NCBI GenBank assembly: GCA_963729555.1
Contig: CAVSOH010000010.1
Coordinates: 1,860 to 65,859, forward strand
DNA from: an uncultured Acidobacteriaceae bacterium
GTDB lineage: Bacteria; Acidobacteriota; Terriglobia; Terriglobales; Acidobacteriaceae
DNA length: 64,000 bases
Reading direction: 5' to 3'
In this document: one piece after another, positions 52,348-63,279 of the stretch
Numbering within the stretch: position 1 is the first letter of the stretch
Layout: each line of letters opens with the position of its first letter
Program-made: the position numbers and the translations under genes
Notes under the pieces: model-generated
Told to the model about the DNA's origin: nothing
Databases searched by the model: none
What the model saw: the letters and a program-made list of their open reading frames with translations, nothing else

Positions 52348-52791
52348 ATGAGTTTGGGTGCAGTACGGATCAAGGCTATGAAACTGCGTGACGAGGCTCA
52401 ATTGCCTCGATACGCTCACACCGGACCATTCGGCGATCTGGCCGCAGACCTGTACGCCGCCGAGAGCATCACGCTCGCGCCTGCGGCAACAGTAGGCATT
52501 CCAACAGGAATCGCGTTGGAGTTCCCGTCCACACACGGAGCCCTGGTCGAGGATCGTTCGGGACTGGCTATCCGTGGCTTGACCACACTCGCGGGAGTGA
52601 TCGATCCAGGCTATCGCGGCGAGATCAAGGTCGTAGTGACCAACCTGAGCCCGGTTTCGGTAGAGATCAAAGCCGGCGACCGCGTGGCCCAGCTCAGGAT
52701 CGTCCAGCGAATCGAGGCGGAATTTGAAGAAGTTGCGGAGTTGATCGAAGCGCCGCGCGGCGTTGGCGGCTTTGGAAGTACAGGCATCTAG
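52348..52791 (+). CDS. dut: dUTP diphosphatase
   Basis: PTGIA, DRSGLA, GVIDPGYRGEIKV, GDRVAQL, RGVGGFGSTG. Confidence 0.95.
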   Translation: MSLGAVRIKAMKLRDEAQLPRYAHTGPFGDLAADLYAAESITLAPAATVGIPTGIALEFPSTHGALVEDRSGLAIRGLTTLAGVIDPGYRGEIKVVVTNLSPVSVEIKAGDRVAQLRIVQRIEAEFEEVAELIEAPRGVGGFGSTGI

Positions 52792-52851
52792 CGAGGTTTG
52801 GCAAAGGGAGCGCCGACCGCGCGATACATGCGACAATCATAGTAGCGAGCC

Positions 52852-55296
52852 ATGCCAAATCAGCAAGCCCAGCAACCCACCGCAAACCCCTCTCCAGCCA
52901 CCATCACACCGGAGCTGCTTAAGCAGCACAGCATCACCACGGATGAGTATGCACGCATCGAAGCAGCGTTAGGACGCACGCCATCGCTGACGGAGCTGGG
53001 TATCTTCTCCGTCATGTGGTCGGAGCATTGCTCGTACAAGTCGTCGCGCGTGCACCTGAAGCGCTTGCCGACGAAGTCCGCCCGTGTGGTGCAGGGACCA
53101 GGCGAGAACGCAGGCATCATCGACGTCGGCGATGGCTGGGCGTGCGCGTTCAAGATCGAGTCGCACAACCATCCCAGCTACATAGAGCCTTATCAAGGCG
53201 CAGCGACAGGTGTAGGCGGAATTCTGCGCGACATCTTTACGATGAACGCTCGCCCATTCGCTGTAATGGACTCACTGCGCTTCGGCCCGCTGGATGAAGC
53301 CGAACCGGATGAAGCGCTTCGGCGCAAGAACCACCAGATTGCGACTGGTGTTGTGCATGGCGTAGCTGGATACGGAAACTGCTTCGGCGTCCCGAATCTT
53401 GGTGGCGAGACTCGGTTCGAGACGTGCTATTCGGGCAATCCGCTACTGAATGCCTTTGCGCTGGGGCTGGTGAAGATCGACGAGATCTTCTATGCCAAGG
53501 CTGTTGGCGTCGGGAACCCAGTGATCTACGTTGGCGCGAAGACTGGGCGCGACGGGATTCACGGTGCCACGATGGCTTCGGAGGAGTTCACCGAAGGATC
53601 CGAGCAGAAGCGGCCGAATGTGCAGATGGGCGATCCGTTTATGGAGAAGCTGCTGCTCGAGGCTTGCCTTGAGGCCATGGCGACTGGAGCCGTCCTTGGG
53701 ATTCAGGACATGGGCGCGGCTGGGTTGACGTGTTCGACCTGCGAGATGGGCGCTCGTGGCGGCCTTGGGCTGACGGTGGAGCTGGATCGTGTGCCACAGC
53801 GCGAGACGGGGATGACGAGCTACGAGATCATGCTGTCGGAGTCGCAGGAGCGGATGCTTCTGGTGGCCGACAAGGACCGCGCTGTCGAGGTGCTGGATGT
53901 CTTCTCGAAGTGGGGTCTGGATGCCTCGATTGTGGGCGAGGTGACTGCCGAGCCGAGGATGAGGATCACGCAGCGCGGCGTGCTGGTTGCGGATATTCCG
54001 AATCAGTCGCTGACCGACGATGCTCCGGTGTATCACCGTCCGGTGGGCGAGTGGAAGGCTCCGGTGCCGGTCGATCCTCCTGCGCATGTTGTGGAACTAC
54101 TGAAGCAGCCGCGGGATTATGCGGCTGATCTGAAGGTGCTGTTGGCTAGTGCGAACATCTCGTCGAAGCGCTGGGTGTATGAGCAGTACGACTCGATGGT
54201 GCAGACGAATACGGTTCAAGGGCCTGGTGGCGAGGCTGGCGTGATGCGGATCAAGGGCACGGGCGGGGTTTCCAAAGGTGTGGGTACACAAGGGGTCGCA
54301 GAGCTCGTAGCGGCGTCGACTCCGGAGGGTGTGGCCGCGCTTAAGGTCGATTCCAGAGAAACCGCAAAGGGAGATCGCGGGCTGGCGATGGCGCTTGCGG
54401 GCAATGGGCGGTGGACGTATCTCGATCCGAAGCTGGGCGCTATGCATGCCGTGGCCGAGGCGGCGCGGAAGGTGGCTTGTACGGGCGCGACTCCGGTGGC
54501 GGCGACCAACTGCTTGAACTTCGGCAATCCGGAGAAGCCAGAGATTATGGCTCAGCTTTCGAGCGCGATTGACGGCATTGCCGAGGCCTGTATCGCGTTA
54601 GGAACACCAGTGACAGGTGGAAATGTCTCGCTGTACAACGAGACGAAGGGGGTTGGGATTTATCCGACTCCGGTGTTGGGAATCGTAGGGATCATCGAGG
54701 ACGTGACGAAGAGCGTTCCTGCGAGCTTCCGCAACGCTGGTGATGCTGTGCTGTTCGTCTCTGCTTTCCGCGGAGTTGGTCGGAAGGCGCAGCAGGATAT
54801 GGGCTCGACGGATTTTGCTAAGAGTGTTCTGGGTGAGTTGTGGGGTGCGCCTCCCGTGTTGGATCTGCAGGAAGAGGCTGCGCTGCACAAGGCTTTAGTT
54901 GCGCTGGCGGAGAAGGGGCTGCTCGCTTCGGCTGGCGATCTGTCAGATGGCGGTTGTGCCGTGGCGTTTGCGAAGGCTTGCTTCCCGCGTGAGTTGGGTG
55001 TGCGCATCTCGATGCAGCTTGGTTCGGATGATCCGTTTGCGGTGACGGAGCGGTTGTTCAGTGAGATCGGGTCTTCGGTGATCGCTTCGGCTGATCCGGC
55101 GAAGATCGAGGAGATACAGGCGGTGCTGAAGGAGCATCCCGCAGTTTGGTTATTCCGGTTGGGTGATGTGACGGATGGGAGCTTCGAGATTTTGATCAAC
55201 GATAAAGCTGTGATTGATGAGCCGGTGAAGACGTTGAAGACAGTGTGGGCGGAGGCGATGGAAGCACAACTCGCGGATGAGGTGGTGACGGCGTAA
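52852..55296 (+). CDS. purL: Phosphoribosylformylglycinamidine synthase subunit PurL (small type)
   Basis: [54 protein letters not shown]. Confidence 0.97.
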   Translation: MPNQQAQQPTANPSPATITPELLKQHSITTDEYARIEAALGRTPSLTELGIFSVMWSEHCSYKSSRVHLKRLPTKSARVVQGPGENAGIIDVGDGWACAFKIESHNHPSYIEPYQGAATGVGGILRDIFTMNARPFAVMDSLRFGPLDEAEPDEALRRKNHQIATGVVHGVAGYGNCFGVPNLGGETRFETCYSGNPLLNAFALGLVKIDEIFYAKAVGVGNPVIYVGAKTGRDGIHGATMASEEFTEGSEQKRPNVQMGDPFMEKLLLEACLEAMATGAVLGIQDMGAAGLTCSTCEMGARGGLGLTVELDRVPQRETGMTSYEIMLSESQERMLLVADKDRAVEVLDVFSKWGLDASIVGEVTAEPRMRITQRGVLVADIPNQSLTDDAPVYHRPVGEWKAPVPVDPPAHVVELLKQPRDYAADLKVLLASANISSKRWVYEQYDSMVQTNTVQGPGGEAGVMRIKGTGGVSKGVGTQGVAELVAASTPEGVAALKVDSRETAKGDRGLAMALAGNGRWTYLDPKLGAMHAVAEAARKVACTGATPVAATNCLNFGNPEKPEIMAQLSSAIDGIAEACIALGTPVTGGNVSLYNETKGVGIYPTPVLGIVGIIEDVTKSVPASFRNAGDAVLFVSAFRGVGRKAQQDMGSTDFAKSVLGELWGAPPVLDLQEEAALHKALVALAEKGLLASAGDLSDGGCAVAFAKACFPRELGVRISMQLGSDDPFAVTERLFSEIGSSVIASADPAKIEEIQAVLKEHPAVWLFRLGDVTDGSFEILINDKAVIDEPVKTLKTVWAEAMEAQLADEVVTA

Positions 55297-56795
55297 TGGA
55301 TAAGCTGCTGGCTCTCCAGAACAATCCGGTGGACGAGATGGACGAGGACGACGCAACGCCATTCGACAAGCTGCGTGAAGAGTGTGGCGTGATGGCGGTC
55401 TATAACCATCATGATGCTGCGCGGTTGACGTATTGGGGCTTGTACTCGCTGCAGCATCGCGGGCAGGAGTCTGCGGGCATTGCTTCGGCGGATGGCACGG
55501 AGGTCAACGACATCAAGGGGATGGGGCTGGTGTCGGAGATCTTTACCGATGATGTGCTGGCGAAGCTTCCGGGTTATATGGCGATTGGTCATACTCGTTA
55601 CTCGACTACGGGTGATTCTGCGTTGTTGAATGCGCAGCCGATCTCGGTCGACAGCACGAGGGGCTTGATTGCGATTGCGCATAACGGCAACCTGGTGAAT
55701 CTGGGGACTGCGAGAGAGCGGCTGGAGCGCGATGGGGCGCTGTTTCAGACGACGAGCGACTCGGAGATCATCATCCAGTTGATCGCGCACTCGAAGAAGT
55801 CGACGCTGGTGGACTGTATTGCTGACTCGTTGTCGCAGGTTGAGGGTGCGTTTTCGATTGTGATGATGACGCGGAACCGCATCTTCGCGGCTCGCGATCC
55901 GCATGGATTCAGGCCGTTGTCGATGGGGCGGATTCCGGGTGTTGACGGTGCTCCGGATACGTTTGTGTTTGCCAGCGAGACGTGCGCGTTCGACCTGTTG
56001 CATGCCAAGTATGAGCGCGACGTGAAGCCTGGCGAGTTGGTGATGGTCTCCGAGGATGGCGTTACTTCGAGGTACTTTGATACGACGACGCAACAGGCTA
56101 GCTGCATCTTCGAGCATGTTTATTTTGCGCGGCCTGATTCGAAGATCTATGGCCGATGGGTGCAGCAGAGCCGGGAACAGATGGGACGACAGCTGGCGCG
56201 TGAGTCTGGCGTTCCCGCGGATTTAGTTGTGCCGGTGCCGGACTCGGGTGTGACGGCGGCGCTGGGTTATGCGGCGGAGTCGGGGATTCCGTTTAATTTT
56301 GGGCTGATCAGGAACCACTACGTGGGCCGGACGTTTATCCAGCCGGAGCAGCGAGTTCGCGACTTTGGTGTCCGGATGAAGCTGAATCCGGTTCGCAGCC
56401 TGCTCGAAGGCAAGCGGGTGGTGCTGATCGACGACTCGATCATTCGCGGGACGACGTCGCGGAAGATCGTGCGGATGGTGCGGGCCGCCGGAGCGAAGGA
56501 GGTGCATATGCGCATCTCGTGTCCGCCGACGATCTCGCCTTGTTTTTATGGCGTGGATACGCCGAGCAAGAAGGATCTGATTGCGGCGAACAATTCGCTT
56601 GAGGGGATCCGCCAGTATATTGAGGCAGACTCGCTGGCATACCTGTCGCTGGTAGGACTGGCGCATGCTTGTACGACTGGCGAACCGGCGGACGGGCTCT
56701 CGCCTGCCAGCTTCTGTACGGCGTGTTATACGGGCGAGTATCCGACGCAGTGGGTGGACGTAGCGGAGATTCTGCCCGCGGTGGCTTCGCGGTAG
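55296..56795 (+). CDS. purF: Amidophosphoribosyltransferase
   Basis: Propeptide then EE-CGV, LQHRGQESAG, GHTRYST, CIFEHVYFARPDS, VLIDDSIIRGTT; TAATG overlap with purL. Confidence 0.97.
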   Translation: MDKLLALQNNPVDEMDEDDATPFDKLREECGVMAVYNHHDAARLTYWGLYSLQHRGQESAGIASADGTEVNDIKGMGLVSEIFTDDVLAKLPGYMAIGHTRYSTTGDSALLNAQPISVDSTRGLIAIAHNGNLVNLGTARERLERDGALFQTTSDSEIIIQLIAHSKKSTLVDCIADSLSQVEGAFSIVMMTRNRIFAARDPHGFRPLSMGRIPGVDGAPDTFVFASETCAFDLLHAKYERDVKPGELVMVSEDGVTSRYFDTTTQQASCIFEHVYFARPDSKIYGRWVQQSREQMGRQLARESGVPADLVVPVPDSGVTAALGYAAESGIPFNFGLIRNHYVGRTFIQPEQRVRDFGVRMKLNPVRSLLEGKRVVLIDDSIIRGTTSRKIVRMVRAAGAKEVHMRISCPPTISPCFYGVDTPSKKDLIAANNSLEGIRQYIEADSLAYLSLVGLAHACTTGEPADGLSPASFCTACYTGEYPTQWVDVAEILPAVASR

Positions 56796-56813
56796 GCCAA
56801 TCGCGGATCTCAC

Positions 56814-56842
56814 GGCAAGCCTATTAGTCTTGCCGATCTATT
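56814..56842 (+). terminator. Candidate terminator after purF
   Basis: CGGCAAG-cctattagt-CTTGCCG. Confidence 0.45.
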
Positions 56843-57190
56843 TGTGTCGACTTGCTAAACTGGATATAGAGAAAAAGAACAGTCCCGTCAAAAACGGGGC
56901 TGTTTCTCGTTAACACATACAATTGCCGCGCGGCAGGAAGCCGCGTCTGCCTTAGCCATTTTTGATAGCGCAGACGTAAAGGTGTCACTATGCTGGGTAG
57001 CACCATTCTCTTCCGTTTTATCCGGCCCTTCGCGTTTCATAATTTCCCGTTCTACTCGCGAGATGCTTAGCAGAACAGACGTGCCATGCCAGATGAGAAC
57101 AGCGGCGCAGCACCACCCGGAAATCCCAATAGCAATCCTCTTCCAGTTGCCCAATCTTCCCAGCCAATTCCAGACCCAATATAGGAGAGC

Positions 57191-57830
57191 ATGATGGGAA
57201 AAAATAGCCAAAGCAACTCTACGAAAAATGGAGATGATTCCAGTGAGCTTGCCAAAGAAGTTCATTGGCTTCAACACGCTACCTTCTGGAGTCAAGTCGG
57301 ACTGTAATCGGTATTTTGGCTCTGGTAATTACTACTGCCAGTTGAAGGCTACCCAGAGTGCTATCGCCTTAACGCGCACCCAGTTTACAAAAGAGCAACG
57401 ACCCTACGTTTGGTAGACGGCGAAAACAACTATTCCACCAACTTTCTACATTAACCCGAAAGACCCAAGCTCTGGTCTGGTGACTTGGGACTGGCACATG
57501 ACCAATTACGGTAAAACTCCGGCCAATAACATATTTTTTACTCAAGAAATCAAGTTGGGGAACGAAGGTTATGTCACTAGTTATGGGGAAAACGGAAAAG
57601 ATATTGGAAGTCCTGAAGCTCCAGGCGGGGACACCTTTGATACCGTTGTCTCCAGACCGATAAAGAAGTCCGAATTTGACAGATTGTTGACGATGAACGA
57701 TGGGATTTCGATCCGTATTGTTATCTGGTACTCGGACGCGGACGGAACGACTTACGAATCTGGTATTTGCCTGAGCCGCACAAATGCTGGTTCCATTACC
57801 TACTGCAAAGAAGGCAACTACATACACTAA
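57191..57830 (+). pseudogene. Decayed AT-rich membrane-anchored hypothetical gene
   Basis: Reconstructed as HWLQHATFWSQVGL / VIGILALVI / YYCQLKATQ...QRPYVW * TAKTT...NYGKTPA, with -1 shifts near 57304 and 57330 and an in-frame TAG at 57414-57416. Confidence 0.65.
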
Positions 57831-57965
57831 AAAAGCTACCTAACCTCGGCATAGAGCTTCGGCAGGATTCGAGTTGGGTTACTGTAGTTAGTTATTACCT
57901 TTGCATGCTTATAGGGGTGAGGGTGCCCCGCTTACCCGCTGAGTGCGAAGTGTAGTGGAAAGCGC

Positions 57966-58466
57966 TTAGGGGAGGGCGATGCCCATGAAGAGGTAGTCGC
58001 CGCCGCCGGGCCAGTCGGCTTTGTAACCGTGTTGGCGGATGAGGGTTCCCAGCTGCGCGTAGTGGCGGATGCTGTGGAACATCGCGTGGAAGAAGATTGT
58101 TTTGCGGGAGGCGCTGGCGGGGCCGTAGGTGCGGGTGATGAAGTCGATAATTTGGTCCCAGTCGAGGTCGGCGGCGAGGGATTGATGGTAGATGTCTAAG
58201 GCGCGATCGTGGGTGGCGTAGATGGCGTCTACGGAGCCGAAGGGGACTTGGTCGAAGTTGGTTTCGGGGAGGCGGGCGATGCGCTCGGCCCAGCGGAGTT
58301 CGACGGCGACGATGTGCTGGAGGACCTGGGCAACGGTGACGGAGTTGGCTATGTCACAGGAAATAGAGAGGATATCGGGGTTGTCAGACAGGAGTTTGCG
58401 CCAGTTGTTGGAGGTCGTTTCGAACCATTTCAGGGTTTCCCTGGCAGTGAGGACGGGTTCGCTCAT
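57966..58466 (-). CDS. DinB/YfiT-like (DUF664-type) four-helix protein
   Basis: VAQVLQHIVAVELRW...FHAMFHSIRHYAQLGTLIRQHG. Confidence 0.85.
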   Translation of the reverse strand: MSEPVLTARETLKWFETTSNNWRKLLSDNPDILSISCDIANSVTVAQVLQHIVAVELRWAERIARLPETNFDQVPFGSVDAIYATHDRALDIYHQSLAADLDWDQIIDFITRTYGPASASRKTIFFHAMFHSIRHYAQLGTLIRQHGYKADWPGGGDYLFMGIALP

Positions 58467-58481
58467 GTGGCTCCTTTTCAG

Positions 58482-59750
58482 TTAGTTGCGGATGGCTCTG
58501 TGGCCTATGTCGCGGCGGTATTGCATATTTTCGAAGGAGATTTTTTGGAGCTGGTTGTAGGCCTTTTCCAGTGAATTTCGCAGGTTATCTGCGTGGGCGG
58601 TGATGGTTAGAACGCGGCCTCCTGCGGTTAGCAAGCGGCCATCTTTCAACGCTGTGCCGGAGTGGAAGACGACTACCGAGGGGTCGGCGGGGGCGGCGAG
58701 GCCTTCGATGGGGAGGCCGGAGGTGTATTGGCCGGGGTAGCCTCCGCTGGCAGCGATGACGCAGGCGCTGGCTCCGGGGAGCATTTTGATGTGGAGTCGG
58801 TCGGCGGTGCCGTCGATGGAGGCGTTGAAGAGATCGAGGATGTCGGTTTCGAGGCGGAGGAGGATGGCCTGGGTCTCGGGGTCGCCGAAGCGGGTGTTGA
58901 ACTCGAGGACCATGGGGCCGCGAGGGGTCATCATGAGGCCGATGAAGAGGATTCCGCGGAAGGGATTGCCTTCGGCGGCCATGCCGTCGACGACCTTCTG
59001 GGCTACGTTGTCGATGATCCAGCGGGTGAGTTCGGGGGAGGCGAGGGAGTCGGTGGAGTAGGCGCCCATGCCGCCGGTGTTGGGGCCGGTGTCGCCTTCG
59101 CCGACGCGCTTGTGATCCTGGGCAGCTGCGATGGGGATGGCGTGGGTGCCGTCGCAGAGGGCGAAGAAGGAGAGCTCTTCGCCGGTGAGGAACTCTTCGA
59201 GGACGATCTCAGTGTCAGCGGTGCCGAGGAGGGTGCCGGAGAAGATCTCGGCGGCGGTGGTGAGGGCTTCGGCGTGGGTGTCGCAGATGACGACGCCTTT
59301 GCCGGCGGCGAGGCCGGAGGCTTTTACCACTACGGGTGTCGCAAAGCGGGGGAGTTGCTCGCGGACTTCGTCGAGGGAGGTGCAGAGAGCGTAGGCGGCG
59401 GTGGGGATGTCGTGGTGGCGCATGAAGTCCTTGGCGAAGGCTTTGCTGGACTCGAGGCGGGCGGCTGCCTGGGTGGGGCCGAAGACGCGGAAGCCGCGGG
59501 CGGCAAGCTCGTCGACGATGCCGAGGGCAAGAGGGACTTCGGGGCCGATGACGGTGAGGGCGGGGTTCTCGATGGCGACGATGTTGATGAGGGCGTGGAG
59601 ATTGCTGACGTCGACGGGGATGCAGCGGGCGATTTGAGCGATGCCGCCGTTGCCGGGGGCGGCGATGACTTCAGTGACTGCCGGGGATTTGCGGAGGGAC
59701 CAGACGAGTGCGTGCTCGCGGCCACCGCCGCCGATTACTAAAACCTTCAT
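58482..59750 (-). CDS. purD: Phosphoribosylamine--glycine ligase
   Basis: GGGGREHAL, APGNGG, ESSKAFAK, KASGLAAGKGV, QDHKR..EGDTGPNTGGMGAY, EFNTRFGDPE. Confidence 0.97.
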   Translation of the reverse strand: MKVLVIGGGGREHALVWSLRKSPAVTEVIAAPGNGGIAQIARCIPVDVSNLHALINIVAIENPALTVIGPEVPLALGIVDELAARGFRVFGPTQAAARLESSKAFAKDFMRHHDIPTAAYALCTSLDEVREQLPRFATPVVVKASGLAAGKGVVICDTHAEALTTAAEIFSGTLLGTADTEIVLEEFLTGEELSFFALCDGTHAIPIAAAQDHKRVGEGDTGPNTGGMGAYSTDSLASPELTRWIIDNVAQKVVDGMAAEGNPFRGILFIGLMMTPRGPMVLEFNTRFGDPETQAILLRLETDILDLFNASIDGTADRLHIKMLPGASACVIAASGGYPGQYTSGLPIEGLAAPADPSVVVFHSGTALKDGRLLTAGGRVLTITAHADNLRNSLEKAYNQLQKISFENMQYRRDIGHRAIRN

Positions 59751-59767
59751 AGGCTTTCAGCGTAGCA

Positions 59768-62206
59768 TTACTCATTGCGGAGAGCGATGACGGGATCGAC
59801 GCTCGCCGACCGCCGTGCCGGCACGATCGACGCAACAACAGCGGCGAACAGCAAACTAAACGCAGCAAAGACCAGCGAAAGCGACAGCCCTGTATTCATC
59901 GCCGCGAACGCATGGATCAGTACGCGCTGTGCAACAAAGGTGAGCACAAATCCCGCCAGTATGCCCGCACCGATCAGCACGAGAGACTCTTGCAGGATGA
60001 GCGAAACGACCTGCCACCGTTGCGCGCCAAGCGTCATACGAATACCGATCTCCGCCGTACGCTGCGCTGCGGTGAAGCTCAACAATCCGTAGATGCCAAT
60101 TGCCGCCAACAATAAAGCGAGTCCGCCGAAAAGCGTCAGCAACCACACCATCAGGTGTCTTGCCGCCAGCGAATCGTTCACAAATCGATCGAGCGTCTCG
60201 ACGCCGTAGACAGCCTCAGACGAATCTACCGCGCGCACGGCCTCTATCAGCGGTGTCCGCATGGCATCGGCACTCGTCTTCGTCCGCACGACGAAGACTG
60301 CTTCGCCGATGGGCTGTTGCGCCATCGGCCGATAGATCACTCCCTTGTTCTCTTCCACTTCCAACGAATCACGCCTCACATGACCGATGACGCCGACGAT
60401 CTCTACCCGCAGCGAGTTCCTGCCAAATCGCACATGCTGTCCTATCGCACTTCGGCCCGGCCAGTAAGCCTTAGCGAGCAAGTCATCGATCACAGCGACC
60501 GGCGGACTTCCAATCCTGTCTTCTTCGCTGAACCATCGTCCCTGCATCAGCGGAATCTGCATCGCCGCAAGATATCCGGAGGTGGCCCAGCTTCTGTCGC
60601 TGTGCGGCCCCGGATCATCCGGTGACGCGGGGGGTCGCTCTTCGATCCCAAAACTCGCCGATGGATATTGCATGCTGCCAAATGGCAGCGGATAGACTGC
60701 CGCTGCCGCCACAACACCCGGCTGTTCGTTCAAACGGGAGGTCACGTCATGAATGAAGTTCGCCTGCTTCAAATCCTGATTGCGATAGTTGGTCGCATCG
60801 AGCGTTACTTTGCCGGTCAGCACGGAGTCGCTCTTGAACCCTGGGTCGACCGTCTGCAACTTCCTCAGGCTTGCGAGAAATAATCCGCTCCCGGCAACCA
60901 GCAGAAATGCCAACGCAACCTCTGTGCACACAAGAACGTTCCGGAAGCGTTGCCGTCCGGCGCCCGCCGTCGCGCTCTTGCTGTATTCGGTCAGTCGCAG
61001 AGACTTATGGGTCCGCACAAGCTGGACAATCGGTGCCAGCCCCGCCAAAAATGCAGCGAGCAGGCCGAAGCCAGCGGCTGCAGCTACGACCCTCAAATCC
61101 GTGTGGACGGTAAAACCGGTCGCCAGATCGTGAGGAATCGCAAGGAGGAGCAACTTGCCAAGGAATGGTCCAGCAACGACACCAATCAGCGTCGCAGTAC
61201 CCGCAAGCAACGCGGTTTCCAGAACGAACTGCATCGCAAGCTGGCGCAACGATGCGCCCAGCGCCGTCCGTATCGCCAGTTCCCGCATCCGCGTCGAGGC
61301 CCTTGCCAGCATCAGCCCCGAGATATTGGTGCAGGCGATCAATAGAATCATCGCAACGACTGCAAACAGCGCGAACAACGGCTTACGCAGATCTCCTGCC
61401 GCATCTTCAGTCCAGGGTTGAGCAGACATTGCCCACCCTGAGCTGAGAGCGTAGCTGCCTGTACCCTCGCGCCGAATCTCTTCCAACCTTTTCTGTTCGA
61501 GACCGGCATTGAGTTGCGCTACAGTCACCCCGGGCTTGAGCCGTACGACGCTGTTATAGAACTCGTTGAAGCGCTGGTTCGGGGCGAACGCGGTTGGTGG
61601 AAGTCCCAGAGGTGTCCAAAGCTCCGCACCCCGCGGCCAGGCGAAGTCGCTGCGCATCACGCCAATCACGCGGTACGCTTTGTTATCCAACAACAGCTTC
61701 TTGTCGATTGCATCGTGCTGGCCGCCGAACATCCGCTGCCACGCAGCGTAGCTCAGTACGATCACGCGGTCGGCGCCGCTTTGATCTTCTTCCGGCAGAA
61801 ACGTGCGGCCAAGAATTGGCTCCGCTCCAAACACCTGAAACCACTGCCAGGTCACCAGGCCTGCTTGCAGATGCTGAGTCCGTCCATTAAAGGTGGCATT
61901 GAAGCTGGCCGACTGGACCATCGCTGCAGTGTCCACGAGGCTGTGCATCGACTGCGCATCTGCAAAATCTGGCGCGGAGATCCCGATGCTCGGCAGATTC
62001 AGTTGGGTGTAGTGCGAGTGGAAAGAGGCGACTCGTTCCGTGTCCTGAACACCGGATGGGTGTAGAAGAACCGCCTGAATCACGCTGAAGATCGCTGTGT
62101 TTGCGCCAACGCCCAGAGCGAGGGTCAGGATGGTCACAATCGTGAAGGTGGGGGCCCGGAAGAGCTGCCGTATCGCATATCGCAAGTTTTCAGGCACAGT
62201 TTGCAC
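59768..62206 (-). CDS. Duplicated MacB/FtsX-type ABC permease (ADOP family), no linked ATPase
   Basis: LRYAIRQL..APTFT...LALGVGANTAIFS; LLIACTN...RELAIRTALGA; EIGIRMTLGAQ; ASVDPVIALRNE. Confidence 0.92.
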   Translation of the reverse strand: MQTVPENLRYAIRQLFRAPTFTIVTILTLALGVGANTAIFSVIQAVLLHPSGVQDTERVASFHSHYTQLNLPSIGISAPDFADAQSMHSLVDTAAMVQSASFNATFNGRTQHLQAGLVTWQWFQVFGAEPILGRTFLPEEDQSGADRVIVLSYAAWQRMFGGQHDAIDKKLLLDNKAYRVIGVMRSDFAWPRGAELWTPLGLPPTAFAPNQRFNEFYNSVVRLKPGVTVAQLNAGLEQKRLEEIRREGTGSYALSSGWAMSAQPWTEDAAGDLRKPLFALFAVVAMILLIACTNISGLMLARASTRMRELAIRTALGASLRQLAMQFVLETALLAGTATLIGVVAGPFLGKLLLLAIPHDLATGFTVHTDLRVVAAAAGFGLLAAFLAGLAPIVQLVRTHKSLRLTEYSKSATAGAGRQRFRNVLVCTEVALAFLLVAGSGLFLASLRKLQTVDPGFKSDSVLTGKVTLDATNYRNQDLKQANFIHDVTSRLNEQPGVVAAAAVYPLPFGSMQYPSASFGIEERPPASPDDPGPHSDRSWATSGYLAAMQIPLMQGRWFSEEDRIGSPPVAVIDDLLAKAYWPGRSAIGQHVRFGRNSLRVEIVGVIGHVRRDSLEVEENKGVIYRPMAQQPIGEAVFVVRTKTSADAMRTPLIEAVRAVDSSEAVYGVETLDRFVNDSLAARHLMVWLLTLFGGLALLLAAIGIYGLLSFTAAQRTAEIGIRMTLGAQRWQVVSLILQESLVLIGAGILAGFVLTFVAQRVLIHAFAAMNTGLSLSLVFAAFSLLFAAVVASIVPARRSASVDPVIALRNE

Positions 62207-62224
62207 TCCTTACTGCTCCACTCA

Positions 62225-62250
62225 TACGCAAGAGGAACACAGCTTGTTCA
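62225..62250 (-). promoter_or_regulatory. Candidate ECF sigma promoter of the ADOP permease
   Basis: TGAACA-N16-CGTA on the minus strand, 18 nt before the GTG. Confidence 0.45.
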
Positions 62251-62310
62251 CCCTATGTCGAATGTGCTGAATCGGCTGACGATGGAGCGCTGGGCGTCAA
62301 GTGAAATCTG

Positions 62311-63279
62311 TCATACGGTTATGACCACTTTTCCGCGGGCGTGACCTTCTTCCAGGTAGCGGATGGCTTCGGGGAGTTCACTCAAGCTGTAATGCCTGTC
62401 GATAACCGGGGTTACCTTTCCGGTCTCCATGAGATTTTGCAGGATGGTCAGGTCTTCTTTGGTTGATTTCGCTAGAAGTCCGGTCAGCTTCCGGCTACTG
62501 AATTGTGACCACACGAGCGCTTTGATTCCGCTAGCCAGACCCATCTTCCATCGGCCGCTTGGTCCTCCGGCCATGACGCAGATTCCTTTTGGGGATAAGA
62601 CTCGCCTGCGGGCTGACAATGAATGGTTTCCGACGGCGTCGAAAATCAGGTCGTAACGTTGTTTGCTTTTGGTGAAGTCTTCCTGGGTGTAATCGATGAC
62701 CCGATCTGCACCGATGGATCGGACCATGTCTGCGTTTCTCGTGCTGCACACGCCGGTTACCTCTGCGCCGAATGATTTGGCGATCTGCACGGCGAATGTG
62801 CCGATGCCTCCCGACGCGCCGTTGACCAAGACCTTGTGTCCCGGCTGAATCTTTCCCTTGTCGCGAAGTCCCTGCAAGGCGGTAAATGCCGCTATAGGGA
62901 CGGCAGCCGCTTGCTCGAACGTTACGTTAGCTGGCTTGATGACCAGATTTGATTCGGAGGTACACACGTACTCGGCGAAGGCTCCACGGCATGTGCCGAA
63001 GACCTCGTCGCCCGGTTCGAACTGCGTTATGTTTCTGCCGACCGCTTCAATCTGGCCGGCCACATCCACGCCTAGTCGTGGGTTCTTTGGTTTGCTTAGT
63101 CCGGTCATTACTATGCGGACGATGTACGGCGTGCCTCTCATGAAGTGCCAGTCCAGTGGATTGAGGGAGGCTGCGCGGACTTTTATCAGAACTTCATTGT
63201 CTGCGGCGGTTGGCTTTTCAATTTCTTCCAATCGAAGAACGTCGGGTGAACCGTAGTCGTGATAAACGATGGCTTTCAT
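62311..63279 (-). CDS. NAD(P)-dependent MDR oxidoreductase (quinone oxidoreductase-like, no catalytic Zn)
   Basis: MKAIVYHDYGSPDVL, ASLNPLDW, NGASGGIGTFAVQIAK, GHARGKVVI. Confidence 0.9.
   Translation of the reverse strand: MKAIVYHDYGSPDVLRLEEIEKPTAADNEVLIKVRAASLNPLDWHFMRGTPYIVRIVMTGLSKPKNPRLGVDVAGQIEAVGRNITQFEPGDEVFGTCRGAFAEYVCTSESNLVIKPANVTFEQAAAVPIAAFTALQGLRDKGKIQPGHKVLVNGASGGIGTFAVQIAKSFGAEVTGVCSTRNADMVRSIGADRVIDYTQEDFTKSKQRYDLIFDAVGNHSLSARRRVLSPKGICVMAGGPSGRWKMGLASGIKALVWSQFSSRKLTGLLAKSTKEDLTILQNLMETGKVTPVIDRHYSLSELPEAIRYLEEGHARGKVVITV

Noticed and set aside
56888-57295. 135-aa minus-strand ORF
   Set aside because: Partly overlaps the plus-strand pseudogene, whose reconstructed reading is more protein-like; treated as a shadow.
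57966-58466. A second DNA polymerase IV, suggested by the name 'DinB'
   Set aside because: This is the unrelated DinB/YfiT four-helix His-metal family, not a Y-family polymerase.
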